Below are positions 44,164 to 55,787 of a stretch of 64,000 nt of DNA, piece after piece. Under the pieces are notes generated by a model, which searched no databases, was not told the DNA's origin, and was given only the letters and a program-made list of their open reading frames with translations. The translations under genes and the position numbers were made by a program. The DNA is from Thermoleophilia bacterium (GTDB lineage Bacteria > Actinomycetota > Thermoleophilia > Gaiellales > Gaiellaceae): assembly GCA_029865325.1 (NCBI GenBank), contig JAOUHF010000001.1, positions 23,569 to 87,568 on the forward strand, written 5' to 3'. Numbering within the stretch: position 1 is the first letter of the stretch; every line of letters begins with the position of its first letter.

Positions 44164-45086
44164 CCGACGGCGGGTATTCGCAACCTGAGCGCTCCGGGGA
44201 CGACCTCGAAGCGCGCAGGCGTGGTTCCCGGCTGCTCGCCGTCGAGCTCGACCGGGAGCGGCTCGTCGGCATCGACCGTGATCACCTGGCCGCGCAGGAT
44301 CTCCAGGCGGGGGTGGGGGAGGTGCCTGCCGCGGTACGTCTTCGGAAGGACGAAGAGGAGGTCGCGCTTCGTCACGTCTCCGATCAGGAGCACGTCAAGC
44401 TGCCCGTCGTCGGGCTCCGCATCGGGACACATCATCATCCCGCCTCCGAGGTAGCGGCCGTTCGCGACGACGACGTCGATCATCTTCCCGCCGCGGATCT
44501 CGTCGTCGACGGACACGCGCATGTCGCCCGTCTGCCAGCGTACGAACACGGCGAGTGTCGCCCAGTAGTACGAGATCTTCCCGCCGAGTGCCTTCGAGGC
44601 CTCGTTCGCGCGCTGCGCGATCGCACCGCTGATCCCCGCGCTCGCCACGTTGGCGAAGTACGCGCGTCCATCTGCGCCCGCCCACGTCCGATACGAGACG
44701 AGGCCGAGGTCGATCTCGCGCACGTCGCCGTTCAAGGCGATGTCGATCGCGGCATCGAGGTCCCGCGGGATTCCGTACGTGCGAACGAAGTCCCAGCCTG
44801 TGCCCCGCGGGATCACGGCCAACTCGGCGTTCCCCCCCTCGGCCATCCCGTTCACGACCTCGTTCACGGAACCGTCGCCGCCGACGGCGACGAGAAGGCT
44901 CGCTCCCTCGCGAACGGCGTCCGCGGCGAGGATGGCGAGGTGTCCGGGCTCTTCGGAGATCAGCGCGTCCCCTGCGAGCCCGAGAGCCGCCGCTCGGTGC
45001 GCGATCTCCGGCCAGCGCTTTCCGGTCGTTCCCCCCGCAGAGGCGGGGTTGACGAGGAAGACGACCTTCTCGGGCGCCGCGGCCAC
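44160..45086 (-). CDS. Diacylglycerol/lipid kinase family protein (YegS/BmrU-like)
   Basis: VFLVNPASAGG, VAVGGDGSVNEVVNG, IPRGTGWDF motifs. Confidence 0.9.
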   Translation of the reverse strand: MAAAPEKVVFLVNPASAGGTTGKRWPEIAHRAAALGLAGDALISEEPGHLAILAADAVREGASLLVAVGGDGSVNEVVNGMAEGGNAELAVIPRGTGWDFVRTYGIPRDLDAAIDIALNGDVREIDLGLVSYRTWAGADGRAYFANVASAGISGAIAQRANEASKALGGKISYYWATLAVFVRWQTGDMRVSVDDEIRGGKMIDVVVANGRYLGGGMMMCPDAEPDDGQLDVLLIGDVTKRDLLFVLPKTYRGRHLPHPRLEILRGQVITVDADEPLPVELDGEQPGTTPARFEVVPGALRLRIPAVG

Positions 45087-45109
45087 TGCGGAACCCTAAA
45101 CCGCCGGCG

Positions 45110-45841
45110 CTAGGCCGTGATGGCGTGGAGCGCGAGCTCTGCCATCCCGTCAACGGCCTTCCGCATTTCCTCGTCGGAGATGTAGACGTACTCCCCGCCG
45201 CCGGCAGGGATCTGGACGCTCACGCCTGGGACGAGATCGCTCACGAGGAGCACGCAGCCCGCCTGGATGTTGCGCAGTGCTCCGAGCGTGAAGAGGACGG
45301 CCGCTTCCATCTCCACGGCGAGGATGCCTCGTTCGGCCCAGCGCCGCGCCTGACCTTGATCCGGCTGGTAGAAGACCGCGCTCGATACGATCGGTCCCAC
45401 GCGGACGTTCTTGCCGAGCTCCTTGGCCTGATGGACGAGCTCGTGGACGAGCTCGAAGCTGGCGGTCGGCGCGTACGGCTCGTTGTCGACGTACTGCATC
45501 GCGGTGCTGTCCGCAGGGGCGGCCGAGAGTGGGACGATCAGCTCACCCATGACGTCGGCTCTCAGCCCGCCGCACGTCCCGACGCGAAGGATCTTCTTCA
45601 CTCCGAGCTGCACGAGCTCCTCGATCACGATCGCCGCCGATGGGCATCCCATTCCGCTCGTCTGTATGGACACGGGCTTGCCTTCGAAGGTTCCCGTGAA
45701 TCCCAGCAGTCCCCTGTACGTGTTCACCTCGACCGGCTCGTCGAAGAAGGTGTCGGCGATGTACTTCGCGCGCAGCGGGTCGCCGGGGAGTAGGCACGCC
45801 TCCGCGTAGTCGCCGGGCTCTGCGCGTAGGTGGATCGGCAC
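45110..45841 (-). CDS. Purine/uridine nucleoside phosphorylase (PNP_UDP_1, DeoD-type)
   Basis: LLPGDPLRAKYIAD, SIQTSGMGCPSAAIVIEEL, RVGTCGG, VEMEAA motifs. GTG 45841 chosen; the tracked ORF extends to 46204. Confidence 0.85.
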   Translation of the reverse strand: MPIHLRAEPGDYAEACLLPGDPLRAKYIADTFFDEPVEVNTYRGLLGFTGTFEGKPVSIQTSGMGCPSAAIVIEELVQLGVKKILRVGTCGGLRADVMGELIVPLSAAPADSTAMQYVDNEPYAPTASFELVHELVHQAKELGKNVRVGPIVSSAVFYQPDQGQARRWAERGILAVEMEAAVLFTLGALRNIQAGCVLLVSDLVPGVSVQIPAGGGEYVYISDEEMRKAVDGMAELALHAITA

Positions 45842-45903
45842 GGGGGGAACCCTACGGCTTTCGGGCGGGCTGCACGTGGGAACCGTCTCTAGAGTTCCGG
45901 AGC

Positions 45904-46686
45904 TTGCCCGTGAAGCTGACCGAGCCGAAGCGAGACCAGATCCTGCGTTTCTGCGCGCAGGATCCCGTGGAGCGCGTGTTCCTCGAGGATGTCGCGCGGC
46001 GGGGTCTCGGCCGTTTCGTCGCGCGCGTCGAAGGCCGGGAGCTCCTCGCGCTCTGCCACATGGGAGTAAACGTCGTTCCGTCGGGTAGCGGCTGCGGTGT
46101 GTTCGCCGGCGCTGTCGCCCGCGCCGCGCCGCGCATGCTGATCGGAGAAGCGCGCGCGGTGACTGAGTTGTGGGACGAGGTTCGGTCGCGCCTGCCGAGT
46201 CCACGCGAGGACCGTCCTGGGCAGCCGGTCTTCGTCATCCGCCAGTCCCCGGCGTCGGGAGGCACGGGCCTGCGCGCCGCTACGCTCGACGATCTCGAGC
46301 TCCTCGTGCCGGCGTGCGCGTCGGCCCACGAGGAGGAGCTCGGCATCGATCCCATGCGACGCGATCCCGAGGGCTTCCGTTGGCGAACCCGCACTCAGAT
46401 CGAGGAGGGTCGGTCGTGGCTCTGGGCCGAGGACGGAGTCATCCTCTTCAAGGCCGAAGCCTCGGCGTGGACCCCCGAGGCGGTACAGCTCCAGCAGGTG
46501 TGGGTCGATCCGGTGGCTCGACGCGCAGGGCACGGGGCTCGCGGCCTCTCGGACCTCTGCCGTCTGCTCCTTCAGCGGGTGCCGACCGTCTGCCTCTTCG
46601 TCCGCGCGGAGAACGAGCCTGCGATCCGTCTGTACCAAACCATTGGCATGAAGCACGTGCTCGACTACCGCTCGGTCCTTCTCTGA
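45904..46686 (+). CDS. GNAT-family N-acetyltransferase
   Basis: C-terminal acetyl-CoA motif QQVWVDPVARRAGHGARGL...VRAENEPAIRLYQTIGM. Confidence 0.8.
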   Translation: MPVKLTEPKRDQILRFCAQDPVERVFLEDVARRGLGRFVARVEGRELLALCHMGVNVVPSGSGCGVFAGAVARAAPRMLIGEARAVTELWDEVRSRLPSPREDRPGQPVFVIRQSPASGGTGLRAATLDDLELLVPACASAHEEELGIDPMRRDPEGFRWRTRTQIEEGRSWLWAEDGVILFKAEASAWTPEAVQLQQVWVDPVARRAGHGARGLSDLCRLLLQRVPTVCLFVRAENEPAIRLYQTIGMKHVLDYRSVLL

Positions 46687-46689
46687 CCC

Positions 46690-47355
46690 ATGGAGCTCCT
46701 GCTCCTCGCCCGCCACGGGTTCGCCGGCTCGAATCGCGATCGCGTCGCGTCGTGTGTTGCTCCCGGCGAAGGGTTGACACCGGAGGGGATCGCGCAAAGC
46801 CTGAGCCTTGCCGCTCTGCTCGACGACGAGGAGATATCGGTCGGCGTCGCTACGGAGCTCGCTCGGACGCAGGAGACGCTCGAGCTCGCGCTCGGTGCAC
46901 GCAAAGTGTCGCGTCTCGTCGTCGGTGACCTCAACGAGATCGACTTCGGGTCGTACGCCGACGGCCCGCTCGACGAATACCGCGCCTGGGCGGCATCCCG
47001 GTCGCCCGCCGAAAGCGCGCCCGGGGATGGCGAAAGTCGCGCAGTCGCCGCGACTCGGTTCGCGCGGGGTCTGCGCCGGCTGCTCGAGCGGCCTGAACCA
47101 GTCGTGCTCCACGTCGGTCACGCGCTCGCGCTTCGCTACACCGTCGACGCAGCTCACGGGCTCGTGCCTGCGCCGCTCATGGCGCCGGTGGAGCATGCGA
47201 CTCCGTTCAGGTTGACGGCGGCACAGGTCGAGTCTGCCGCCGCGCTCCTGGAAGGGTGGAGCCGTTCGCCACGCTTCCGCTCGGTGGGGGAGGCACAATG
47301 GGCCCATGAGCAGCGCCCTCGCGACCCGCGTCGAAGCGGCGATCCGTCGGAATGA
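46690..47355 (+). CDS. Histidine phosphatase family protein (phosphoglycerate mutase-like)
   Basis: LLLARHGFAGSN (RHG catalytic motif), LTPEG, downstream H in HVGHALALR. 3' end overlaps tilS by 50 nt. Confidence 0.8.
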   Translation: MELLLLARHGFAGSNRDRVASCVAPGEGLTPEGIAQSLSLAALLDDEEISVGVATELARTQETLELALGARKVSRLVVGDLNEIDFGSYADGPLDEYRAWAASRSPAESAPGDGESRAVAATRFARGLRRLLERPEPVVLHVGHALALRYTVDAAHGLVPAPLMAPVEHATPFRLTAAQVESAAALLEGWSRSPRFRSVGEAQWAHEQRPRDPRRSGDPSE

Positions 47356-48304
47356 CCTGATCCCTCCCGCGGGTGAGGTCGTCTGCCTGGTGTCGGGCGG
47401 ACCGGACTCGACGTGCCTCTGGCACGTCCTCGGAGCGCTCGGTTATCGAGTCTCGGCACTCCACGTGAATCACGGGCTACGGGGAAAGGAGTCCCACGAC
47501 GATGCCCGCTTCTGTCGCGACATCATGGGAGCGGAGATCGTCGAGCCAAGTAACAGCCCGGCGCGAAGTCGTACGGAAGCGGGTCTGAGAGAGGTGCGAT
47601 ACGAGCTGACTGGAGGTCGCGGACTTCGGGCCACTGGCCACACCGCCTCCGACCAGGTCGAGACGATCCTCTACCGGCTCGTTTCGTCGGGCACGACGAA
47701 AGGGATCAAGGTGAAGCGGGAGGACGGCGTCGTTCGGCCGCTCCTGTCGGTGTGGCGGGACGAGACCGAGGCGTACTGCCACGAGCATGGGCTCGGCATT
47801 CGGGTCGACTCGTCCAACGCAGACACGAAGCGTGGGCTCATCCGCCAGGAGATCCTGCCGCGCCTGCGCGAGCTCCATCCGGCCGCCGATGAGAACCTGC
47901 GGGCCCTCGCCGAGCAACGGCCACGTCTGCCGAGAGCGCTCGAGAGGACGCTCGCCGAGCTCCTCGCCACGACGGACGGAACGAGGTCGGCCGACCTCGG
48001 AGACGATCTCCGCGCCGTACGAGAGTACGACGAGCTCCGTCTGGAGGGGCGGGTGGCATTTGGGCCGTGGCGGCTCGAGAGCAAGCTCCCGGGTCTGTCG
48101 GTGCGCACTCGCCGTCCGGGCGACAGGATCGCAGGCCGGCGAAAGAAGGTGCAGGATCTCTTCGTGGACGCCAAGGTGCCGAGGCTCGAGCGCGACGAGT
48201 GGCCGCTCATCGTCTCGGGGGACGACGTCGTCTCGGTTCCGGGCATTGCCGAGGCGCCTGGATGGGAAGGCACCGTTACCGCATGGAAAGATGAGGAGCC
48301 ATGA
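47306..48304 (+). CDS. tilS: tRNA(Ile)-lysidine synthetase
   Basis: PP-loop VCLVSGGPDSTCL, HVNHGLRG, TGHTASDQVETILYRL. Confidence 0.93.
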   Translation: MSSALATRVEAAIRRNDLIPPAGEVVCLVSGGPDSTCLWHVLGALGYRVSALHVNHGLRGKESHDDARFCRDIMGAEIVEPSNSPARSRTEAGLREVRYELTGGRGLRATGHTASDQVETILYRLVSSGTTKGIKVKREDGVVRPLLSVWRDETEAYCHEHGLGIRVDSSNADTKRGLIRQEILPRLRELHPAADENLRALAEQRPRLPRALERTLAELLATTDGTRSADLGDDLRAVREYDELRLEGRVAFGPWRLESKLPGLSVRTRRPGDRIAGRRKKVQDLFVDAKVPRLERDEWPLIVSGDDVVSVPGIAEAPGWEGTVTAWKDEEP

Positions 48305-48861
48305 CTCAAGCGGAGCTAGAGCGAGGCGTAGGCGAGATCCTCATCGACGAGGACACGTTGCAGGCGCGCATCCGCGAGCTGGGAGCGGAGATCTCGGCCG
48401 ACTACGAAGGCCGCGACCTCCTGCTGGTGGGCGTGCTGAAGGGCGCCGTCTTCTTCATGGCAGATCTCATGCGCGAGTTGACAGTCCCGTGCGAGATCGA
48501 CTTCATGGCCATCTCGAGCTACGGCGCGGCAACGGACTCGTCGGGCGTCGTCAGGATCCTGAAGGATCTCGACATCAACGTTGCGGGGCGAGACGTCGTC
48601 GTGGTCGAGGACATCATCGACTCCGGGCTCACGCTCTCGTACCTCATGCGGAACCTCACGGCGCGCAAGCCCGCATCACTCGAGGTGGTAGCGCTCCTCA
48701 CGAAACCGGAGCGCCGCGAGATCGAAGTTCCGGTGCGCTACGTGGGCTTCGAGATCCCGAATCGGTTCGTAATCGGGTATGGCCTCGACTTTGCCGAGCG
48801 GTATCGGAATCTCCCGTACGTCGCGGTTCTGCACGCCGACTTGGTGCCGAACGCCACGTAA
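48301..48861 (+). CDS. hpt: Hypoxanthine phosphoribosyltransferase
   Basis: LLLVGVLKGAVFFMADL, PRPP motif VVVVEDIIDSGLTL, GYGLDFAERYRNLPYV. Confidence 0.95.
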   Translation: MTQAELERGVGEILIDEDTLQARIRELGAEISADYEGRDLLLVGVLKGAVFFMADLMRELTVPCEIDFMAISSYGAATDSSGVVRILKDLDINVAGRDVVVVEDIIDSGLTLSYLMRNLTARKPASLEVVALLTKPERREIEVPVRYVGFEIPNRFVIGYGLDFAERYRNLPYVAVLHADLVPNAT

Positions 48862-48905
48862 CCCGGCAACGGGACCCTAACGAGGGACAGGGGCTCACCC
48901 CCTGG

Positions 48906-50897
<1,992 letters not shown>

Positions 50898-51142
50898 GCC
50901 CTTCGCGCGCGACTGGAATCCGCTCGCGCGGGCTCCGGTCGCGGAGAGATCCCTAAAGAACCCCCCGCTTCGCGGCTGCGACCCCCAGTCATCCGCTCAG
51001 GCCGCGATCGTCTCGATGTCGTAGGCGGCGATTCGAGGATCGCGGTCACGATCGGGAGCCCCTCCAGCTCGCCTGCGCGACGAGCGGCCGATCGAACGGG
51101 TGCTTGCGGAGCGAACGGCTTAGCTGCAGCTCGATAACGCTC

Positions 51143-51634
51143 TTAGTGGCTCGTTCGGCCTTGTCCGCGGGCGACCAGTACGATCGCGAACAGCGCTGCT
51201 GCAGCGGCTCCGACGAGATCCACGGCGAGCCCTCTCGTGCGCACCGTGTCGACGAGGACGAGGAGCAACGAGGCGACGAGTAACGTCGCGACTCCGAGAG
51301 CGGCAACGAACGCGGCGTGTCGGAGGCTCGCTCCTGGCTCTCCCTGAATGTAGTCGCGCTCCTCGAGTGACCAGTAGGCGAGCTCGGCGGTGACCAGCAG
51401 TCCCGCGGCGTACGCGGGCGAGGCAGTGTCCAGCGCCGCATCGTCGATCGCGAGCTGAGCGGCGTAGAGCGCGCCGACGAGGACGATCGCGGTCGGGACC
51501 AGCGCTGTCCACTCCAGAACGAGTGCGGCGACGAGCGCGACGACGGCGATGGCGGCGACCCGAGCGCCGAGCTCGACGACATCGTCGCTCGCTCGAGCGA
51601 GTGGCACCGCGGTCAGCGCGCCGAGCAAGGCCAC
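51143..51634 (-). CDS. Hypothetical polytopic membrane protein (last gene of the MoxR operon)
   Basis: Four to five hydrophobic helices. GTG 51634 lies 18 nt after the DUF58 stop; the tracked start 51793 would overlap by 142 nt. Confidence 0.55.
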   Translation of the reverse strand: MALLGALTAVPLARASDDVVELGARVAAIAVVALVAALVLEWTALVPTAIVLVGALYAAQLAIDDAALDTASPAYAAGLLVTAELAYWSLEERDYIQGEPGASLRHAAFVAALGVATLLVASLLLVLVDTVRTRGLAVDLVGAAAAALFAIVLVARGQGRTSH

Positions 51635-51651
51635 AGCCCCGACACCGACGG

Positions 51652-52923
51652 TTACACGGGTGCCAGCTTGGCGTAGCGCCTGAATGTCCTCACCTCCTCG
51701 AGTGCCGTCTCCAGATCGAGATCGCCCCAACGGGCGATGCCGATTCCAAGAGCGACGAGGCTTGCCCGCACGACCTCCCGCTCGAGCACCCACAGGCGGT
51801 AGGAGAGCTCCTCGATCTCGCTACGACCCGCCTCGACGAGCGGAACCGGATCCACCTCCACGACGCCGACGTCGAACCCACGCGCGCGAAGGTCACCAAG
51901 GGCTGCGATGAACCGCGGATCCACCAGCGGGGTCAATCCGAGCACGAGCGCCTTCGGCGGGAGGATCCTCGCCGGGATGAGATTCACGTCGCGCCAGGTG
52001 TACGTTGGCTCGACGCCCGTCTCGAGCATCGTCTCGATCAGCCGGTAGCGCTGCGTGAGTCCCATGCCGGGCTGGAGCCAGCGGAGAACGCCGCCGAATC
52101 CGACGAGGCCGACTCGGTCGCGTCGCTCGAGGTAGCGCGTTGCGAGGGCCGATCCTGCCCGCACGGCATCCTCGAGCGTGCTCCGATCTCCACCGTGCAC
52201 GTCGACGAAGCTGTCCACGAAGAGGACCACATCGGTGTTTCGCTCGGGGTGTCGCTCGTTGACCACGAGGGTCTGGCGTCGCGCTGACGCACGCCAGTTG
52301 ATCGAGCGGACGCGGTCACCCGGTACGAAGTCTCGGATGTCCGCATACTCGACGCCGTCGCCCTTGACGCGAGCGACTTCGCTGCCGGTGAACGCTTGCG
52401 TCTCCGCGGGCGCGAGGATCCGGCGGAGAGAGATCGGGCGCGGATACACCTTCAGCTGCTGCCGGCCACTGAAGCGCTCTTCCCAGACGACGAGCCGGAA
52501 TGGGTCGCGTGCTCGCACCTCGACACCCCCGAGCGAATAGACGCCCCAGCGTGTGCAACGCAGCGCGAGTGGGATCACGCGCTCATCTCCAGGCCTCAGT
52601 CGAATGACCTGGGCGTCGCCTGCGTCAGCAGCCTCCACTCCGGGCGGTAGATCGAGGAGGAGCTCGAGTCGGTCGACGGCGCCCACGGCTCGCACGGTCA
52701 GGCTGGCCTCCAAGTCCGCTTCCTCCATCGTTCGGTCGCGCGCCAGCACGAGCTCGACGGTGACCTTGGGATCTCGCGCCAGTCTCGTTCCGATCGCAAG
52801 CACGAGGGCGAACGGCGCTGCGATGATCGCCAGCTCCGGCCTGCGTAACGCGAGAGCTGCGACCAGCGCGATCGCCGCGACCACGGCGTATCCCTCGATC
52901 CGTGGGCTCCCCGCTCGGGTCAC
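51652..52923 (-). CDS. DUF58-family protein (vWA-like, MoxR partner)
   Basis: Two N-terminal TM helices. FTGSEVARVKGDGVEYADIRDFVPGDRVRSINWRASAR DUF58 core. Overlaps the moxR stop. Confidence 0.85.
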   Translation of the reverse strand: MTRAGSPRIEGYAVVAAIALVAALALRRPELAIIAAPFALVLAIGTRLARDPKVTVELVLARDRTMEEADLEASLTVRAVGAVDRLELLLDLPPGVEAADAGDAQVIRLRPGDERVIPLALRCTRWGVYSLGGVEVRARDPFRLVVWEERFSGRQQLKVYPRPISLRRILAPAETQAFTGSEVARVKGDGVEYADIRDFVPGDRVRSINWRASARRQTLVVNERHPERNTDVVLFVDSFVDVHGGDRSTLEDAVRAGSALATRYLERRDRVGLVGFGGVLRWLQPGMGLTQRYRLIETMLETGVEPTYTWRDVNLIPARILPPKALVLGLTPLVDPRFIAALGDLRARGFDVGVVEVDPVPLVEAGRSEIEELSYRLWVLEREVVRASLVALGIGIARWGDLDLETALEEVRTFRRYAKLAPV

Positions 52924-53894
52924 GAGCGAGCTGCGGGCTCGAGGTCGTCCGCGCGCGGGGTGGGGACGCTCGAAAGCACGTCCAGCACGACGTCCTCTGC
53001 AGACACGCGCTGAACCCAGAGCTCCGGGCGGAGCACGAGGCGGTGAGCGAGTGCCGGAACGGCGATCGCCTTCACGTCGTCAGGGACGACGTAGTCGCGT
53101 CCGGCGAGAGCGGCTTTGCCGCGCGCGAGCTTCAACAGCGCAAGGCTGCCACGGGGGCTCGCTCCCACGGCCGAGCTCTCCGAGTCGCGCGTGCCGATGA
53201 CGAGCTCGACGCAGTACGAGCGTACGCTTTCGGCGACGTACACACGCTCGACGGCTTTCTGCATTTCGAGGAGCATCGTGCGGTCGACGACGTGCTCGAG
53301 CTCGACGTCGTCTGTCTCGCGGTCGATCCGGCGTCCGAGCACCTCGATCTCGTCCGCCTTGCTCGGGTATCCGATAGCGGTGCGCAAGAGGAAGCGGTCG
53401 AGTTGGGCTTCGGGCAGCGGGTAGGTGCCCTCGTACTCGATCGGGTTCTGCGTGGCTATCACGAGGAACGGACGCTCGAGCAGGTGCGTCTCGCCCTCGA
53501 TCGTCACCTGACGCTCCTGCATCGCCTCGAGCAGCGCCGCCTGCGTCTTCGGGGGCGCGCGGTTGATCTCGTCGGATAGGAGGAGGTTGGTGAAGATCGG
53601 GCCTGGGCGAAACTCGAAGTCGGAGTCGCGCTGGTTCCAGATCGACGAGCCTGTCACATCGGAAGGCATCAGATCGGGCGTGAACTGGATGCGCGCGAAG
53701 CGCATGCTCAGGGTCTGCGCGAACGACCGCGCAGCGAGCGTCTTCGCGAGCCCGGGGTAGTCCTCGAGGAGGACGTGCCCGTCGGCCAGGAACCCCAGTA
53801 GGACGAGCTCGAGGGAGTCGCGCTTCCCGACGATCGCCTTCTCGACCTCGTCCAGAACCTGTCCGGAGAGATCCCTGACTTCGGCCAGCTCCAT
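52920..53894 (-). CDS. MoxR-family AAA+ ATPase
   Basis: HVLLEDYPGLAKT Walker A variant, LLSDEINRAPPKTQAALLEAM Walker B, ATQNPIEYEGTYPLPEAQLDRF. Confidence 0.94.
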   Translation of the reverse strand: MELAEVRDLSGQVLDEVEKAIVGKRDSLELVLLGFLADGHVLLEDYPGLAKTLAARSFAQTLSMRFARIQFTPDLMPSDVTGSSIWNQRDSDFEFRPGPIFTNLLLSDEINRAPPKTQAALLEAMQERQVTIEGETHLLERPFLVIATQNPIEYEGTYPLPEAQLDRFLLRTAIGYPSKADEIEVLGRRIDRETDDVELEHVVDRTMLLEMQKAVERVYVAESVRSYCVELVIGTRDSESSAVGASPRGSLALLKLARGKAALAGRDYVVPDDVKAIAVPALAHRLVLRPELWVQRVSAEDVVLDVLSSVPTPRADDLEPAARS

Positions 53895-54406
53895 TAGATC
53901 CTCTCCAGCGACTCGACGACGCTTCGCATCTCCAAGACAGGGAGACCGCGGGCCAGCCGATCATCCGGCGGGGGACGATCTGCGCGGACAAGCTCCCACG
54001 TTTCAGAGCCCAGGATGTTGCGCGCCGTATCGGGTGCGGCTTGCTGGGAGACGCTCCTGCGTGACGCCAACAGTCCGGCGGCGATCGCGCGAATGCGCGG
54101 GACGAGGCGAAAGTGGAGGTCGAAGGCGCCAGCGACGCCGAGTGCCGTCTCGTGCTCGATGCGCGCGAGGCCGGGCGGTGGCCGCCGGCTCGCGGGTTGC
54201 TGTCGCCGGCGAGGACGAAGCCGGCGCGCTCGCGGGTAGGAGCGACGAAGAGCGCTCAGAGCGAGCGCCAGCGCAACGGCGCAGACCAAGAGCCCGTAGA
54301 TCCTGACCGCGAGCGAAAGTCGTCCGGGGATGAATACCAAGACGACGAAGAGCGCAACGGTGGGCGCGATGAGTGCTCGCAGCGCACGACCGAGGTCCCG
54401 GTTCAC
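53894..54406 (-). CDS. Hypothetical membrane protein (170 aa) in the MoxR operon
   Basis: Two TM helices then an Arg/Pro-rich linker. 4-nt start/stop overlaps with both neighbours. Confidence 0.6.
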   Translation of the reverse strand: MNRDLGRALRALIAPTVALFVVLVFIPGRLSLAVRIYGLLVCAVALALALSALRRSYPRARRLRPRRRQQPASRRPPPGLARIEHETALGVAGAFDLHFRLVPRIRAIAAGLLASRRSVSQQAAPDTARNILGSETWELVRADRPPPDDRLARGLPVLEMRSVVESLERI

Positions 54407-55323
54407 GAGCGCGCTCCCGTCGCGACGAGCTCGCCGGCTGATAGAGCCTCCGGCATAGCGGCTGCCGCGCGTAGCTCGTCCCGCACATGCTCGAGCGCTT
54501 CGATCGCCTCCTCCTTCATTGCGAGATCCACGGCGTGTTGCGAGAACTTAGCCCGCGAGAAGAGGTCCGTGAGGCGACGGACCGCCTCAGCGTCGATCGT
54601 CAGCGCCCCGAGGATCCTGGTCAGGTACTCCTCGGGGGTCTCGGCCCCGCGTCGAGCGATGTCGTGCGCGGCGAGCACGCGCTCGAGTCGCGCATAGGCT
54701 GCGATGACGGCGCGGCGCGGATCGCTCTCGGCTCGCAGGTCGTCGAGCGTGTCGTCGAAGACGGTGGCGAGGTGCTCGGCGAGCGACTCTTGGGCTCGTG
54801 TTGAGCGCGTCGAGCGGCGCACCGCGACCACGTACGCGGCGACGGCCGCAGTCGCGAGCCCCAACACGAGGATCACAGGGAGCCACGCGAAGGCCGGCTC
54901 GTACGTGGCGACCGAATTCCCAGACCCCGTCGCGTCGGGCGCGGGCACCGACCCGGAGAAGGCGGGATCCGCTGCCTCCTCCTCGACGGGTACGAGCTCC
55001 CACTCGCCCAAGCGCCAGTACGCGACCACCATGATGATGGACATGAAGGTGAGGAAGCCGAGGAGCGACGTTCGCCGGTACCGACCGCTGGCCACCTCGC
55101 GGCTGATGGCCTTCCGCTGGGTAAGGCCGTAGAGAAGCAGCACACCCCCCGCGAGGACCGCAACGAACCCGAGGCTGAGGATCGTGTCGAGAAGCGTTGC
55201 TGAGGGTGGCCGAACCTCACCCGTGCCCGTCGAGGTAGACCCGGTCGCTGCGATCGCAACCACGCCGACCAGCGCCAGCACGACGAGGGCCGGCAGCAGA
55301 ACCCGCGCGGCGTTACCGCGCAT
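54403..55323 (-). CDS. DUF4129-like membrane protein
   Basis: Several TM helices. C-terminal ETPEEYLTRILGAL...RLTDLFSRAKFSQHAV resembles the DUF4129 pattern found in MoxR/DUF58/transglutaminase operons. Confidence 0.65.
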   Translation of the reverse strand: MRGNAARVLLPALVVLALVGVVAIAATGSTSTGTGEVRPPSATLLDTILSLGFVAVLAGGVLLLYGLTQRKAISREVASGRYRRTSLLGFLTFMSIIMVVAYWRLGEWELVPVEEEAADPAFSGSVPAPDATGSGNSVATYEPAFAWLPVILVLGLATAAVAAYVVAVRRSTRSTRAQESLAEHLATVFDDTLDDLRAESDPRRAVIAAYARLERVLAAHDIARRGAETPEEYLTRILGALTIDAEAVRRLTDLFSRAKFSQHAVDLAMKEEAIEALEHVRDELRAAAAMPEALSAGELVATGARS

Positions 55324-55335
55324 CAGGCCCGCGAT

Positions 55336-55740
55336 CTACGCGACGCCTGGCTCGGACATCGGCGCCGACGAGGACGCCTTGCTCTCCCAGTACCGGTTGA
55401 GCGAGCCCTGGATCTTGATGAACCAGACGAACGCTCCGATGATCGGGAGCAGGAGCCAGAGACCGGTCCATCCGCTGAAGGGTGCCTCGCGGCCGTCCTT
55501 CTTGAACATCTTCCCGACCTCGGACGGAATCAGGAACCAGGTGACGATCGAGACCACGATGTAGATCACGAGGCCGAGGACGCCGCCGACGCCCTGGTCG
55601 GAGTGGTTCTTGACTTCGTCCTGGGTCTTGAACACCCAGTAGATCGAGTAGATCCCGAGTGTGATGATGGTCATCAGGATCGCAAAGCCGATGCCACGTT
55701 GCTGGCCCAGAGGGCCGCTGTTTTCGGAAGGTGTGCTCAT
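55336..55740 (-). CDS. DUF4234-like small membrane protein
   Basis: ILMTIITLGIYSIYWVFKTQDEV motif and a second TM pair. Confidence 0.7.
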   Translation of the reverse strand: MSTPSENSGPLGQQRGIGFAILMTIITLGIYSIYWVFKTQDEVKNHSDQGVGGVLGLVIYIVVSIVTWFLIPSEVGKMFKKDGREAPFSGWTGLWLLLPIIGAFVWFIKIQGSLNRYWESKASSSAPMSEPGVA

Positions 55741-55787
55741 GGCGCCGGATTCTGCTCGCCTCGTCGGACGGCGGTACGCTCAGTGTC

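Noticed and set aside
47306-47355. 50-nt overlap between the histidine phosphatase gene and tilS as a regulatory overlap.
   Set aside because: It is most simply a consequence of stop-poor G+C-rich sequence and start-site uncertainty. There is no independent signal.
50898-50960. Possible fourth, degenerate copy of the repeat element just after ftsH (TTCGCGCGCGACTGGAATCCGCTCGCG resembles TTCGCGCGACCAGAATCCGCACTCGCG).
   Set aside because: The 3' arm of the hairpin and the GCGGCCGC module are missing. The similarity is short and could be chance in G+C-rich DNA. It is worth including in a genome-wide search but is not claimed here.
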